From: a virus
Taxonomy: Duplodnaviria > Caudoviricetes
Reading direction: 5' to 3' (one strand)
Length of the DNA stretch: 64,000 nucleotides
Virus record (IMG/VR): IMGVR_UViG_3300031993_000033
Location: 32,001 to 96,000 of that record
Notes under the pieces: generated by a model
What the model saw: the letters and a program-made list of their open reading frames with translations, nothing else
Databases searched by the model: none
What the model was told of the DNA's origin: nothing
Position numbers and translations under genes: made by a program
Shown: one piece after another, positions 47,570 through 57,785 of the stretch
Layout of the letters: the number at the start of each line of letters is the position of its first letter
How positions within the stretch are numbered: the stretch's first letter is position 1

Positions 47570-47797
47570 ATGTGTATGACAACGACAGTTAGTTACACAG
47601 CTCGGTGCTATGCCGAGTTACACAAAAATATAAAAGAAATGAACCGGCGAAACTCGCAACAGCCAGTATGGGTCAGAACACTGACCGCCGAAGAATTACA
47701 GGCGATTCGTGAGGATGATGAATACATAAAACATATTGGTCGAGCAATCGACGGCAAAGAATGGAGGCTTTTAAGTGACGAAAAGAATCCAGATTGA
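47570..47797 (+). CDS. hypothetical protein
   Basis: AAGGAG SD. Confidence 0.55.
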   Translation: MCMTTTVSYTARCYAELHKNIKEMNRRNSQQPVWVRTLTAEELQAIREDDEYIKHIGRAIDGKEWRLLSDEKNPD

Positions 47798-48002
47798 CGA
47801 CATCGGCAAGGTCAAAGAGTTTGTGACCTACGCCATGAAGTGTCGCGGAGACGTTACGGCAGTCAGCGGCAAGTACAGAGTTGACGGGCGTAGCATAATG
47901 GGTTTGCTTAGTCTGAATCTCAGTGAGCCTATAGTGATTGAATACGATGAAGAAGATAGCGAGTTGCTTAATGCGCTCGTGGGCAAGTTCTACGTGAGGT
48001 AA
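47775..48002 (+). CDS. HPr-family protein (lacks His15)
   Basis: VDGRSIMGLLSL matches the HPr Ser46 signature. Confidence 0.75.
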   Translation: MTKRIQIDDIGKVKEFVTYAMKCRGDVTAVSGKYRVDGRSIMGLLSLNLSEPIVIEYDEEDSELLNALVGKFYVR

Positions 48003-48005
48003 GAT

Positions 48006-48533
48006 ATGAAGATAACAGTTTTAAGACATCCCACAGAAGAAGATTGGGTAGAAGTAAAACAGAGGGCATTGGTTACTGTCGGGCTGAATGTTAAGAATCC
48101 GCCGACAGAAGAATGGAAGAAGGCAATTTTGAAAGCAAGACATTCACCGATAAGATGTTTGCGGTTCTCCTTCTTGTTAGAGGATATACCCTATTGTGTG
48201 GTAGGTCACTTAGTACGCCACGTTCATTCTCAGCCCTATGTCAGATCGCAAAGAAATGACAGACAGAACGAGTATGATAGAAACAAAGCTCCGCAGGACG
48301 CACCAGTAACGATGATTTGGGACGTTAATGGAGAAGAATTAATGGTTATTGCCAACAAGAGACTGTGTAATCAAGCTGCGGAAGAAACGAGAGCGTGGGT
48401 GCGAGGAATATGCGATAAGGTGTTGGAGACAAATCCTGAGTTTGCAGAGTTTCTTGTCCCAATGTGTGTTTATACTGGCGAGTGCAAAGAGATGTACCCA
48501 TGTGGAGAGAGGGGAGAAAATGATATTAGATAA
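48006..48533 (+). CDS. thyX: FAD-dependent thymidylate synthase
   Basis: HSPIR, HLVRH......SQR, KRLC..A..ETR. Confidence 0.8.
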   Translation: MKITVLRHPTEEDWVEVKQRALVTVGLNVKNPPTEEWKKAILKARHSPIRCLRFSFLLEDIPYCVVGHLVRHVHSQPYVRSQRNDRQNEYDRNKAPQDAPVTMIWDVNGEELMVIANKRLCNQAAEETRAWVRGICDKVLETNPEFAEFLVPMCVYTGECKEMYPCGERGENDIR

Positions 48534-49383
48534 TGACTTTATTGAAAATGAAAAGAAAAAGTTTACAGACATAAAAGCCAAACCAAAGGAAGATTTCACG
48601 GGGATGAAATTTGGGAGATTAACAGTTATATGCAGAGCCAATGACTATCATTATTCTAATGGGCGTGATGTATCGGCAAAATGGCATTGTATATGCGATT
48701 GCGATGAACACAATTTGGTAGACGTAAAACATAGTCACTTAAAAGATGGCACATCAAAATCATGTGGTTGTTGTAGGAGAGAATGTGGTATCAAAATGAT
48801 TAAAAATGCACAAGAAGCCTGCAAAAAGCCACTAAAAGATAATCCGACATTAGAATTAAATCTTACAGATGACAAGCACGAGCCTTTCGGGAAGTTTCGT
48901 TGCGACAACGATGACTCGGTAGAAGTATATTTTTCTATGAGTGATTTTGACACAATTAAAGATGTCTGTTGGCATATCGAACATACGCACAATGGATATG
49001 TTAGGGTTAGAGACAAAAAATCTCAATCAATGCATCAATTGTTTGGGATGAAAGACGCAGATCATATAAGCCGCAATGCGTTAGACAATAGGCGAGAAAA
49101 TTTAGACGATAAAGCAACAAGAATAGATCAATCCCATAACCAAAAATTAAGAGCCGATAATACTTCTGGTGTTAAGGGCGTTGGTTATATAAAAAATTAT
49201 CCTACCAAACCGTGGAAAGCAGAGTTAAAACATTACGGTGAAAGGGTTTTGTTTTGTTATTACGAAACCAAACAAGAAGCAATAATCGCCAGACTCAATG
49301 CAGAAATGCAATACCTCGATGAAAGAGCGTGGCAAAAAGAACTTATGGTACAATACGGGTTAATACAGGAGGAGGGAGCTTAA
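48520..49383 (+). CDS. HNH endonuclease with AP2-like domain
   Basis: FGRLTV, W.C.CDC, SCGC, DHI...LDNRRENL, NTSGVKGV. Confidence 0.8.
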   Translation: MILDNDFIENEKKKFTDIKAKPKEDFTGMKFGRLTVICRANDYHYSNGRDVSAKWHCICDCDEHNLVDVKHSHLKDGTSKSCGCCRRECGIKMIKNAQEACKKPLKDNPTLELNLTDDKHEPFGKFRCDNDDSVEVYFSMSDFDTIKDVCWHIEHTHNGYVRVRDKKSQSMHQLFGMKDADHISRNALDNRRENLDDKATRIDQSHNQKLRADNTSGVKGVGYIKNYPTKPWKAELKHYGERVLFCYYETKQEAIIARLNAEMQYLDERAWQKELMVQYGLIQEEGA

Positions 49384-49932
49384 ATGAAACCATTGATTGC
49401 GTGTTTGGGAGTCTCAGGCTCTGGCAAAACAACCTTAGCTAATAAACTCGCTAAAAAGTATAGCTATTCTGTTTTGAAATCTTATACAACAAGACCACCG
49501 AGGGAGAATGATGAAGCCGATCTGACTTCGCATACATTTTGCTCAATAGAAGAAGCTGCATTTTTTGCCGACCAAAAGCAGATAGTGTGCTCGACTTGGT
49601 TTGCTGGGAACTTCTACTTCAGCACTCAGAGCCAGCTCGACAGTTCCGACCTTTATGTGTGCGACGTGAACGGATTGAAGGACTTATATCGCAACTATCG
49701 TAATCGCCCGATATTGAGTATCTATCTCGACGTTGATAGTTCTATCGTGGCTGACCGTATGAACAAGCGTGGCGACAGTGACGAAGAAATTTTCAAGCGT
49801 TTACAGCACGACGCAGAAGCCTTTAAGGATGCAAGAGATTATGTGGATTTTGTGTGTGACAATAGCACTCAAGACAAGTGCAACGAAATCTGTGAATTTA
49901 TAGATATGTTATTCAGATATTACAGAGGGTAA
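49384..49932 (+). CDS. guanylate-kinase-like nucleotide kinase
   Basis: GVSGSGKTT, SYTTRPPR, RM.KRGD. Confidence 0.85.
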   Translation: MKPLIACLGVSGSGKTTLANKLAKKYSYSVLKSYTTRPPRENDEADLTSHTFCSIEEAAFFADQKQIVCSTWFAGNFYFSTQSQLDSSDLYVCDVNGLKDLYRNYRNRPILSIYLDVDSSIVADRMNKRGDSDEEIFKRLQHDAEAFKDARDYVDFVCDNSTQDKCNEICEFIDMLFRYYRG

Positions 49933-50015
49933 AAGAATGATTAGGATTATATTAGGCAGCGTTATTATTGCAAACGCTTCTATGTTTTGGGCTTGCGCTC
50001 GTGAGGGAGGCAAGT

Positions 50016-50225
50016 ATGAACGTTAAAGTTTATGTAAGCGAAATATTAAACAGTAAAGCCGTTGAACTCTTAAATTTCTTAGATGAAAGAGATATTTCAT
50101 ACGAGGTCGAGAGAGTTGGAACTGAGTGGGTAGGAGCAAATAAAGTGAAGTCTCTGCCTGTAGTCGAGATAGACGGTGAATTAATGGTGGCAAAGAAAGC
50201 AATGAAGAAGTTAAAGAGAGGGTGA
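50016..50225 (+). CDS. glutaredoxin-like protein lacking CxxC
   Basis: SLPVVEIDG; resembles the next gene. Confidence 0.5.
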   Translation: MNVKVYVSEILNSKAVELLNFLDERDISYEVERVGTEWVGANKVKSLPVVEIDGELMVAKKAMKKLKRG

Positions 50226-50229
50226 GAGA

Positions 50230-50430
50230 ATGATAACGTTGTACAGTACATACTGCCCGAAGTGCAAGATTCTGGAGAAAAAATTAGACAACGCTAAGAT
50301 TGAATATACAATCTGTGACGACAAGGAACTTATGATACAAAAGGGGTTTGACTTTATGCCTGTATTAGATGTAGACGGACAGGTTATGAACTTCGGTGAA
50401 GCAGTTAAGTGGGTTAATGAAAGGGGTTAA
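50230..50430 (+). CDS. NrdH/glutaredoxin-like protein
   Basis: CPKC, MPVLDVDG. Confidence 0.8.
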   Translation: MITLYSTYCPKCKILEKKLDNAKIEYTICDDKELMIQKGFDFMPVLDVDGQVMNFGEAVKWVNERG

Positions 50431-50432
50431 TC

Positions 50433-53396
50433 ATGGACGTAAATATCAAAACTGGCAAAAATTTTACTACTGCATTTAATAAAGTAGTAGACAAATACGG
50501 CGAAGAATTTGAAATATTAAACGGTTTTCATAACTCTCAAATGAATTTTTCTGATTTTATAGAAGGCTTTATTGACAAAAATATGGCTGATGTTACAATA
50601 GATGCCAACGCTAACGCAAGCCACAAAGACATAGCAAGTTTGCTTGCAGAGAAAGGCAAGAGCCATGATAAACTCTTTGCTTTTAACAAAATCTTCTATG
50701 AAATGAACAAGAAGTATGGTCTTGCGGACGCAAGAGAATGGCTTGAAGATGAATATTCAGGCGCATATTATCTCCACGATGCTCCATCAGCTACATATAA
50801 GCCCTATTGTTACGCCTACGATTTAACTCGTTTAGCAAAAGAAGGATTGTTCTTCTTAAATAATTATAACTCAGAAGCCCCTAAACATCTTACTACGTTC
50901 CTTGATGATGTAATAGAGTTTGTTTCATACATGTGCAATCGTTCTTCAGGTGCGGTAGGACTCCCAAATGTCCTTGTATGGAGTTTCTACTTTTGGAAGA
51001 AGGATTGCGAGACGGGCTACTACATTAAAGATAAAGATTACTATTTAAAACAGAGCTTTCAAAAGTTAATCTATCGTCTTAATCAACCATTTCTCAGAGT
51101 AGATCAGAGTTCATTTACAAATGTTTCTATTTTTGATCGTAATTATATTGAAGAACTTTTTGGCGGAGTTGAGTTCCCAGATGGTACAATGGCAATTGAT
51201 TATGTAGAGGAAATCATAGAGATTGAAAAGGTCTTTATGCAGGTTGTGTCCGAAATAAGAGAAGCAAATATGTTCACATTTCCCGTACTGACATATTCTC
51301 TGCTTTACAAGAACGGTAAATTTGTTGACGAGAGTTTTGCGAGGTGGTGTTCAGACCATAATGTTAAGTGGAACGACAGCAACTTCTTTATCAGCGACAA
51401 CGTAGGGGTACTCAGTAATTGTTGCTTTTCAGGAGAACAGATGTGTCTTACCAAGTCGTCCGATGGTGTAAATTATATGACGTTTGAAGAACTATATAAT
51501 GCTCCGTACCACGAAAAGAAACGCAACTTTACCATTTTTCATAATGGAAGTTGGGTTAGTGGTAAGGTGATTAGGCTACCAAAGAGAAAAATGTTTAAGG
51601 TTGTGACTGCAAATAAGAAAGAGTTATATGTCACGGACAATCACATATTCCCCACTTTAAAAGGAGATAGAAAAGTAATTGACCTAACCACAGACGACTA
51701 TTTAATGGTTAATTGCAGGGTGCTTGATGCAGTTCCAGAACAAGACAGACATCTCACCTATGAGCAAGGTTTTTTAGTAGGAATGTACTTAGGCGACGGC
51801 AGTACATATCAGAAGAAAGAAAATCATAAGCCATTCGTTGATCTCTCCCTTAATCAAAGCAAGTATCAGTCAACGCTTGGTACTGTTGAAAGAGCTGTAA
51901 AGAGCCTTGATCCCAATGCGGAGTATAAATTGAGCACTCCTTATAACAATGTTTATCCCACAAAAATTGCAAGTTGGGGAGTATACGGTTTTATTAAAGA
52001 ATGGGTTTTAGGCAATTATTGTTATGAAAAAGAACTTAATCTCAATTGTCTACTTCAAAATAGAGACTTCCGCAAGGGTATTTTAGATGGATTCTACGCT
52101 ACGGATGGCGGCAATTCAAACAGAATTTATACAACGTCTGCAAAGTTAGTTCAGCAAATTGAGTGTCTGATTACTTCTCTTGGCATGAATAGTATCATTG
52201 ATATTAGCGACAGAACAGATGAAGCGGTTGTTATTAGAGGTGAAAACTTTAAAAGAAATTATCCTCTGTATTGTATACGTTGGTATAGCCCAATGAACAA
52301 AAGAAAGCATAAAACATCTGGCTTTAAATTTGTTAATAATAGCGAGTATTATAAAATTGCTTCTATTGAGCCTGTTGACTACGATAATGAATATGTGTAT
52401 TGTTTTGAGATGAAGTCTGAAGATGAACCATACTTCACCTTACCCAATGGAGTAATATCTCATAATTGTCGTTTACTCTCAGATACGTCTAAACTCGATG
52501 CTTTCATTAATTCTATAGGTGGAACAGCATTATCAATTGGTTCTGTAAAGGTTAATACTATTAATCTTATGCGTATCTTTTATGAAGTAGGCAAAGACGA
52601 AGAATCTTATCTTAAAAAATTGAAGCATAGAGTAGAACTTTGTTGTAAAACCTTAGATTGTGTACGTCACATAATACAGAGAAACATTGAAAAGGGACTA
52701 CTTCCAAATTACCAAGACGGAGCTATGGAGCTTGCCAAGCAATATTGTACCGTGGGCATTTTAGGTCTTTATGAAGTTGTTAAGGCAATGGGTTACACTG
52801 AGACAGACAACTTCGGTTATATTTCTTACACGAAAAGTGGTATAGAGTTTGCCAAAAAGGTCTTTGATGTTATTAACAGTGTTAAGGATAACTTCACAAC
52901 AGAGTATTCTATAAACGTGGAATCAGTACCCGCAGAACGCTGCGCTGTTATCCTTTGTCAAAAAGATAATGCTCTTTATCATCCAAAGACCGACACCTTT
53001 ATATATTCAAATCAGTGGATTCCGCTTACAGCAAAATGCACTATCTCTGAAAAACTTCACCTATCATCGATTCTTGATAAACTTTGCGGAGGTGGCGCGA
53101 TCGCTCACATCAACCTCGAAAACAATTTCCCTAATACGGATGTAGCATGGGATATGCTCAATCATATAGCTGCTTCGGGGGTTATATACTTTGCCTTTAA
53201 TACAAAAATCAATGCTTGCAAACATCATCACGGTTTTGTCGGTACTGATATATGTCCAGTTTGTGGCGAACCTGTATATGACACATATCAACGAATAGTT
53301 GGATTCATCGTTGGAAGTAAATCATATTCAAAGGATCGGTTCAAGGAGTTTTCAGCAAGACAATGGTATTCTTATGCAGAACTTAAAGGAGACTAA
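50433..53396 (+). CDS. nrdD: anaerobic (class III) ribonucleotide reductase with intein
   Basis: YLHD, PYCY, SNC/CRL, CPVCG, RIVGF glycyl-radical motif; followed by nrdG. Confidence 0.92.
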   Translation: MDVNIKTGKNFTTAFNKVVDKYGEEFEILNGFHNSQMNFSDFIEGFIDKNMADVTIDANANASHKDIASLLAEKGKSHDKLFAFNKIFYEMNKKYGLADAREWLEDEYSGAYYLHDAPSATYKPYCYAYDLTRLAKEGLFFLNNYNSEAPKHLTTFLDDVIEFVSYMCNRSSGAVGLPNVLVWSFYFWKKDCETGYYIKDKDYYLKQSFQKLIYRLNQPFLRVDQSSFTNVSIFDRNYIEELFGGVEFPDGTMAIDYVEEIIEIEKVFMQVVSEIREANMFTFPVLTYSLLYKNGKFVDESFARWCSDHNVKWNDSNFFISDNVGVLSNCCFSGEQMCLTKSSDGVNYMTFEELYNAPYHEKKRNFTIFHNGSWVSGKVIRLPKRKMFKVVTANKKELYVTDNHIFPTLKGDRKVIDLTTDDYLMVNCRVLDAVPEQDRHLTYEQGFLVGMYLGDGSTYQKKENHKPFVDLSLNQSKYQSTLGTVERAVKSLDPNAEYKLSTPYNNVYPTKIASWGVYGFIKEWVLGNYCYEKELNLNCLLQNRDFRKGILDGFYATDGGNSNRIYTTSAKLVQQIECLITSLGMNSIIDISDRTDEAVVIRGENFKRNYPLYCIRWYSPMNKRKHKTSGFKFVNNSEYYKIASIEPVDYDNEYVYCFEMKSEDEPYFTLPNGVISHNCRLLSDTSKLDAFINSIGGTALSIGSVKVNTINLMRIFYEVGKDEESYLKKLKHRVELCCKTLDCVRHIIQRNIEKGLLPNYQDGAMELAKQYCTVGILGLYEVVKAMGYTETDNFGYISYTKSGIEFAKKVFDVINSVKDNFTTEYSINVESVPAERCAVILCQKDNALYHPKTDTFIYSNQWIPLTAKCTISEKLHLSSILDKLCGGGAIAHINLENNFPNTDVAWDMLNHIAASGVIYFAFNTKINACKHHHGFVGTDICPVCGEPVYDTYQRIVGFIVGSKSYSKDRFKEFSARQWYSYAELKGD
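51423..52466 (+). mobile_element. intein with LAGLIDADG homing endonuclease (348 aa)
   Basis: Begins CFSG, block B VTDNH, GMYLGDG and GFYATDG motifs, ends VYCF..SHN before Cys. Confidence 0.9.
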
Positions 53397-53399
53397 TCG

Positions 53400-53876
53400 A
53401 TGAAAATTAAAGACTTGATAGACGAGGATCTTGTCAACTACAAGCTACCATCTATGTTTATTGCTACGTCAAAATGTAGTTTCAAATGTGACGCAGAATG
53501 TGGCAAAGCGGTATGTCAAAACTTACCGCTTGCTACTGCGCCAGTAATAGAGATTAGTTGCAAAGAACTTGTTGATAGATATGTGAGCAACGATATATCT
53601 CAGGCTGTTTGTCTCGGAGGCTTAGAACCATTTGATGATATTGAAGAGTTGATGGCGTTTATCTGTGAATTTCGCAACCGATGCAATGATGATATAGTTA
53701 TCTATACTGGCTATTATGAGGACGAGATACAGCCATACATCAACAAACTAAAGGCAGACTTCAAAAATATAATCGTTAAATTTGGGCGATATATCCCCGA
53801 CCAACAGTCACATTACGATGAAGTGCTTGGTGTAAACTTGGCAAGTGATAATCAAAAAGGAGTGAGAATATGTTGA
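53400..53876 (+). CDS. nrdG: anaerobic RNR activating protein
   Basis: CSFKC...CQN, GGLEP, YTGY, KFGRY, LASDNQ. Confidence 0.85.
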   Translation: MKIKDLIDEDLVNYKLPSMFIATSKCSFKCDAECGKAVCQNLPLATAPVIEISCKELVDRYVSNDISQAVCLGGLEPFDDIEELMAFICEFRNRCNDDIVIYTGYYEDEIQPYINKLKADFKNIIVKFGRYIPDQQSHYDEVLGVNLASDNQKGVRIC

Positions 53877-54064
53877 AGATAATTCCCAACCCAGATAAAG
53901 AGATGTATGAAGCAGTTACTAAGGAAGTCAAAGCAAATGACGGTTACTGTTGTTGTAGACTTGTACGAGATAATCATACTCGCTGTATGTGCAAGGATTT
54001 CAAAGAACAGCAGACCGAGGGGTTGTGCTATTGTGAACGCTTTATGAAAGTGGAGGAGGACTAA
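53870..54064 (+). CDS. ferredoxin-thioredoxin reductase catalytic-subunit-like protein
   Basis: GYCCC..CMC..G.CYC..F. Confidence 0.6.
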   Translation: MLKIIPNPDKEMYEAVTKEVKANDGYCCCRLVRDNHTRCMCKDFKEQQTEGLCYCERFMKVEED

Positions 54065-54065
54065 T

Positions 54066-54323
54066 ATGTGTGAAGAATGTAGACACCACCCCTGTATTTC
54101 AAGCTGCCCTAACTATGAACCAGCGGTTGCTTTCAAATGCGACGGCTGCGGAGGGGACATATATATTGGCGATACGGTGTATGTATTAGGTAAAGATCAT
54201 TATTGTGAGGAGTGTTGCTACAAAACAGAAGCAGAAATTCCAGAACCAGACGAGGACTACAAGTACGACCTTTGGAGAGATCGGCAGCTTATGGCTGAGT
54301 GGGAGCGCGACAACAATGTTTGA
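54066..54323 (+). CDS. zinc-finger hypothetical protein
   Basis: Several CxxC motifs. Confidence 0.65.
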   Translation: MCEECRHHPCISSCPNYEPAVAFKCDGCGGDIYIGDTVYVLGKDHYCEECCYKTEAEIPEPDEDYKYDLWRDRQLMAEWERDNNV

Positions 54324-54513
54324 TTCAGTCATTTACAACGTGTTTCCGTATGATGAAACCATGCTTTTATGGGTGACTGTTATTGGCGAGAGTGGAACTA
54401 CATATTATATAGTAAGCGACACTCTCCGCCAAGAGTATTACTTATATAAAGGCAAAAAGAAAACAGCCAAGAAGTCTACAATCCCAACAGACCTGTACAA
54501 ATATGTCAAGTAA
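54316..54513 (+). CDS. hypothetical protein
   Basis: GGAG SD before ATG 54316. Confidence 0.6.
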   Translation: MFDSVIYNVFPYDETMLLWVTVIGESGTTYYIVSDTLRQEYYLYKGKKKTAKKSTIPTDLYKYVK

Positions 54514-54516
54514 GGA

Positions 54517-54819
54517 GTGCTTATGCAATACAATTCATTTGGCGAGTATCTTGCCACACTTCCGTCTGATACAATCTTCCGTATGTGGGAGTATAAGCGT
54601 ATGTTTACCCCCTATGAACAAGACGAGAAGTTTATAGACGAGAGCCAGTATGTAAATGACGAGTGCGACCACATTCGCATACTTGATGTTATCACGCTTC
54701 CAGACGGCGATCTGCTCTTGGCGACCACATACGCCTATGGTGATGGCAAGTATATCAGCTATTATAAACTCAGTGAAATCTCACTTGGTAAAAGTGAAAA
54801 AGATATGGAGGAAGAATAA
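54517..54819 (+). CDS. hypothetical protein
   Basis: AAGGAG SD. Confidence 0.65.
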   Translation: MLMQYNSFGEYLATLPSDTIFRMWEYKRMFTPYEQDEKFIDESQYVNDECDHIRILDVITLPDGDLLLATTYAYGDGKYISYYKLSEISLGKSEKDMEEE

Positions 54820-55058
54820 TGGAAACAACAGCAGAACAGATTAAGAGACTTGAACAGGAACTTGCAACCCTTAAAGAAAAGGAACGCGCTGAAAAAGAAG
54901 AAGCTCAGAAGAGGGCAGATGCCGAGCGCGATGCAGACCTTTTAGCCATTATGGATAGCCTCAAGAAGTTCAATGAAAAGCATGGCGTGCGTATTACACT
55001 CAATACCGACTCTAAGACAGGCGAAGCATTATACAACCTTTTCTTTCCGTGGCTGTGA
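54819..55058 (+). CDS. coiled-coil hypothetical protein
   Basis: GGAGG SD. Confidence 0.65.
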   Translation: METTAEQIKRLEQELATLKEKERAEKEEAQKRADAERDADLLAIMDSLKKFNEKHGVRITLNTDSKTGEALYNLFFPWL

Positions 55059-55067
55059 GGTGTTTTA

Positions 55068-55664
55068 ATGGCTCTTACGATTGGCTTTGATCTCGATGGC
55101 GTGGTAGTAGACAGCCCACAGCAAGTTGTAAACTATGTGAATGAGAGATTAGGACTTAATCTATGCATGGACGATTTTAAAACGTACAGCATGGAGGACG
55201 CTCTGCCTGACCAGTACAAATGGATTATAGATATGGCGTTTAAAGATCCTGTTATGTGGAAGAAGGTAGGGTTGATAGGCGGCGCATACGAAGTTATCAA
55301 AAAACTTTGGGATGAAGGGCATGATATATACTTTGTCACAAGCAGCTTGCCTCAAAATCTTAAAAAGAAGATAGGTCACTTAGCCCGTAATCTCGATTTT
55401 TTTCCAAAGGATTATGTATGGAGACATACCATTAATACTCAGTGTAAGCAATTAATTAGGCTTGATGTATTGGTAGATGATGCACTTTTTAATCTCATTG
55501 GAGATAAAGAATATGTAAGCATCTGCATGGATATGCCATATAATCAAACAAACAAACCTATTCCTATGTTTTCACGAGTTTATAATTGGAGCGACGTTTA
55601 CAACAAGGTTCATATGATAGCAAATCTCATAAAGGAGAACGAAAACGATGATGTTGCACCCTGA
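55068..55664 (+). CDS. 5'(3')-deoxyribonucleotidase (HAD family)
   Basis: FDLDGVV, FVTS, K..I..DVLVDD, PYN. Confidence 0.85.
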   Translation: MALTIGFDLDGVVVDSPQQVVNYVNERLGLNLCMDDFKTYSMEDALPDQYKWIIDMAFKDPVMWKKVGLIGGAYEVIKKLWDEGHDIYFVTSSLPQNLKKKIGHLARNLDFFPKDYVWRHTINTQCKQLIRLDVLVDDALFNLIGDKEYVSICMDMPYNQTNKPIPMFSRVYNWSDVYNKVHMIANLIKENENDDVAP

Positions 55665-55926
55665 TTTACTCCCAGAAACCGCAGACCCACAAGGCTCAGT
55701 GCGCTATGAGAACGTAAACATTGTGAGACTATTAATTCCTTGTAGAGAAGAAGGAACGCTCACACAGTTCTACAAGAATGATAACTATTTTGTGGTTTAT
55801 GACTGTTCACCAGAATACGGCAACCAAGCCGTAGAGAGTTTTACAGGCACAGTTCTTGAAGAAGCCAACGGAACGCATAGTTGGTGGAGGTCAATAGACC
55901 AGAGAGGAAATGATGAGAATGAATAA
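55648..55926 (+). CDS. hypothetical protein
   Basis: Overlapping ORF in operon. Confidence 0.55.
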   Translation: MMLHPDLLPETADPQGSVRYENVNIVRLLIPCREEGTLTQFYKNDNYFVVYDCSPEYGNQAVESFTGTVLEEANGTHSWWRSIDQRGNDENE

Positions 55927-56428
55927 ATTTGAGAAGATAAGTGAAAGACAGTTTTTCGCTGACTTTGCCGAGTATCTTGATGACGAGTGTTTAGATGCAA
56001 GGGATAGTAGGGCAATCTATAATATGATTAAGTTACCCAAGAGAGCAACAACAGGCTCGGCAGGTCATGATTTCTTCGCTCCATACAATATCGCAATCCC
56101 ACCTAAAGGCACTGTTAAAGTACCTACTGGCATAAGAGTTCTCCTTGACGATGACAAGTTCCTTGCAATCTATCCGAGATCGGGGCTTGGTTTTAAGTAC
56201 AAGATGCAGTTATGGAACTCGGTTGCCGTAATAGACGCAGACTATAGTAATTCTGATAATGAGGGTCATATATGGGTTAAATTCTACAACGACAGCCCAG
56301 ACGGTAAAACAATCAGCATTAGGCAGGGCGAGGCTATGTGTCAGGGAGTCATACAACAGTATTTTAAAACTATAAACGATGAAACAGACGGCATAAGAAA
56401 TGGTGGCATAGGCAGCACCACGAGGTAA
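55919..56428 (+). CDS. dut: dUTPase (trimeric)
   Basis: SAGHD, PRSG, VIDADY, QG, RNGGIGST. Confidence 0.92.
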   Translation: MNKFEKISERQFFADFAEYLDDECLDARDSRAIYNMIKLPKRATTGSAGHDFFAPYNIAIPPKGTVKVPTGIRVLLDDDKFLAIYPRSGLGFKYKMQLWNSVAVIDADYSNSDNEGHIWVKFYNDSPDGKTISIRQGEAMCQGVIQQYFKTINDETDGIRNGGIGSTTR

Positions 56429-56431
56429 AAA

Positions 56432-56476
56432 ATAAGGGTATGTACCAAGTCAATTAAGACCTAATACATACCCTTA
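56432..56476. terminator. bidirectional terminator between convergent operons
   Basis: ATAAGGGTATGTA ... TACATACCCTTAT inverted repeat. Confidence 0.7.
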
Positions 56477-56479
56477 TAA

Positions 56480-56836
56480 TTATTTAGCCAAAGCTACGAT
56501 TATCGCACCTGCAACGCCTGTGGCTATCATTGTTGTAACTGCTGTAATGGCAGCTATTTTTATTTTTTTAATATTATCCAAAGTTTCTTTTGCGGGAGCG
56601 TTTTCTAAGGTAGATACCTTATTACTAAGTTCCTTTTGATTTTCCTTTACCTCTCCAACGTCACCCTCAACTTGCTTAAGAGATTGTGCGATAAGTGCGA
56701 TATTACTATTCATTTCGTAAAGCATTTCCTGCTTCTTTTCCACATCGCTAACTCTTGACTGCAAATTGCTAATTGCCTGTGCATTAGACTGAGAATTTGC
56801 CTTCAGTTCATAAAATTCCTTATCCGATATTGCCAT
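56480..56836 (-). CDS. XhlA-like coiled-coil protein with C-terminal TM (lysis-associated)
   Basis: Coiled coil plus hydrophobic C-terminus next to the endolysin. Confidence 0.6.
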   Translation of the reverse strand: MAISDKEFYELKANSQSNAQAISNLQSRVSDVEKKQEMLYEMNSNIALIAQSLKQVEGDVGEVKENQKELSNKVSTLENAPAKETLDNIKKIKIAAITAVTTMIATGVAGAIIVALAK

Positions 56837-56844
56837 GTCAAACC

Positions 56845-57699
56845 TCACTTTTGCAACCACATTTCACAAAGAGCCTGAAACATGGCATTTTGAGTATGCG
56901 CCCCCATAACACCATCCGCGCTACCGCAATTGAACCCCTTTGCATTAAGGGCGTTCTGAAGCTCTTTTACATCGTCTGAATTATTTATGTTAAATGTCCT
57001 TTTCAGTTTTTCAATCTCAACCCAACCTGCGCCAGATTTGAGTTTGCCGTACTTGACATAATTTACTATCTTTTCCTCCACGATTGTATATTTAGTAGCC
57101 ACAGTGATTTTGCCAGTTGCGGGTTTCCCAATCTCTTTATAAATGGGTGTTCCACTTGTGAGAGTCTTGGTGTAAAGACCAATGACTTCGTTGAGCTGTG
57201 CATTTACCTTGTCGCAAATCTCCTGCGTATGTCCCTTTATCCAAGTTGCGGGACACTGAGTTGCTTGGAACATATAGTGATAGGTCAAAGAGCCATTTTT
57301 ATCGCCTGTAAATTCAAGTTTCTTAATGCCGTTGCGCTTGCAAATATCCACGCAAAGTTTGATTAACGAAGCGTAAACAGTTTGCGAAATAGACCACGGC
57401 TCGCCATAAACATCATTTGAAACCTCGATGGTGATAGAGCGATTGTCATTCCAAGCACTACCACTACACCACGATCTGTCGCTTTCGGGGCAGAATAAAC
57501 CTATACGTCCATCTGAGCCTATACAGTAATTAGCGGACATTTGCCTTGCAGGATTCGCCACAAGATTGCCAAATTGTTCTACAGACATAATACCTGCCAT
57601 ATGATGTATTGTGATTTTAGTAATGGGCTGATTTCTTGGTGAGTTTCTATTTGGTGATATTTGAGTATAAGACACCAAAGATGAATTTGTAAAAGCCAT
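56845..57699 (-). CDS. endolysin, N-acetylmuramoyl-L-alanine amidase with peptidoglycan-binding domain
   Basis: ITIHHMAG, SANYCIG, SITIEV, H..F.AT.CP; C-terminal VKELQ..L...G...G.ADG..G..T. Confidence 0.9.
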   Translation of the reverse strand: MAFTNSSLVSYTQISPNRNSPRNQPITKITIHHMAGIMSVEQFGNLVANPARQMSANYCIGSDGRIGLFCPESDRSWCSGSAWNDNRSITIEVSNDVYGEPWSISQTVYASLIKLCVDICKRNGIKKLEFTGDKNGSLTYHYMFQATQCPATWIKGHTQEICDKVNAQLNEVIGLYTKTLTSGTPIYKEIGKPATGKITVATKYTIVEEKIVNYVKYGKLKSGAGWVEIEKLKRTFNINNSDDVKELQNALNAKGFNCGSADGVMGAHTQNAMFQALCEMWLQK

Positions 57700-57785
57700 A
57701 TTCACACCTCCTCGTCATTTCCTTTTCCATTTGAGAGTTCTTCATCGGCTTCTGCGCTGAGTAAAATATCTTTATCGTCCATTGC

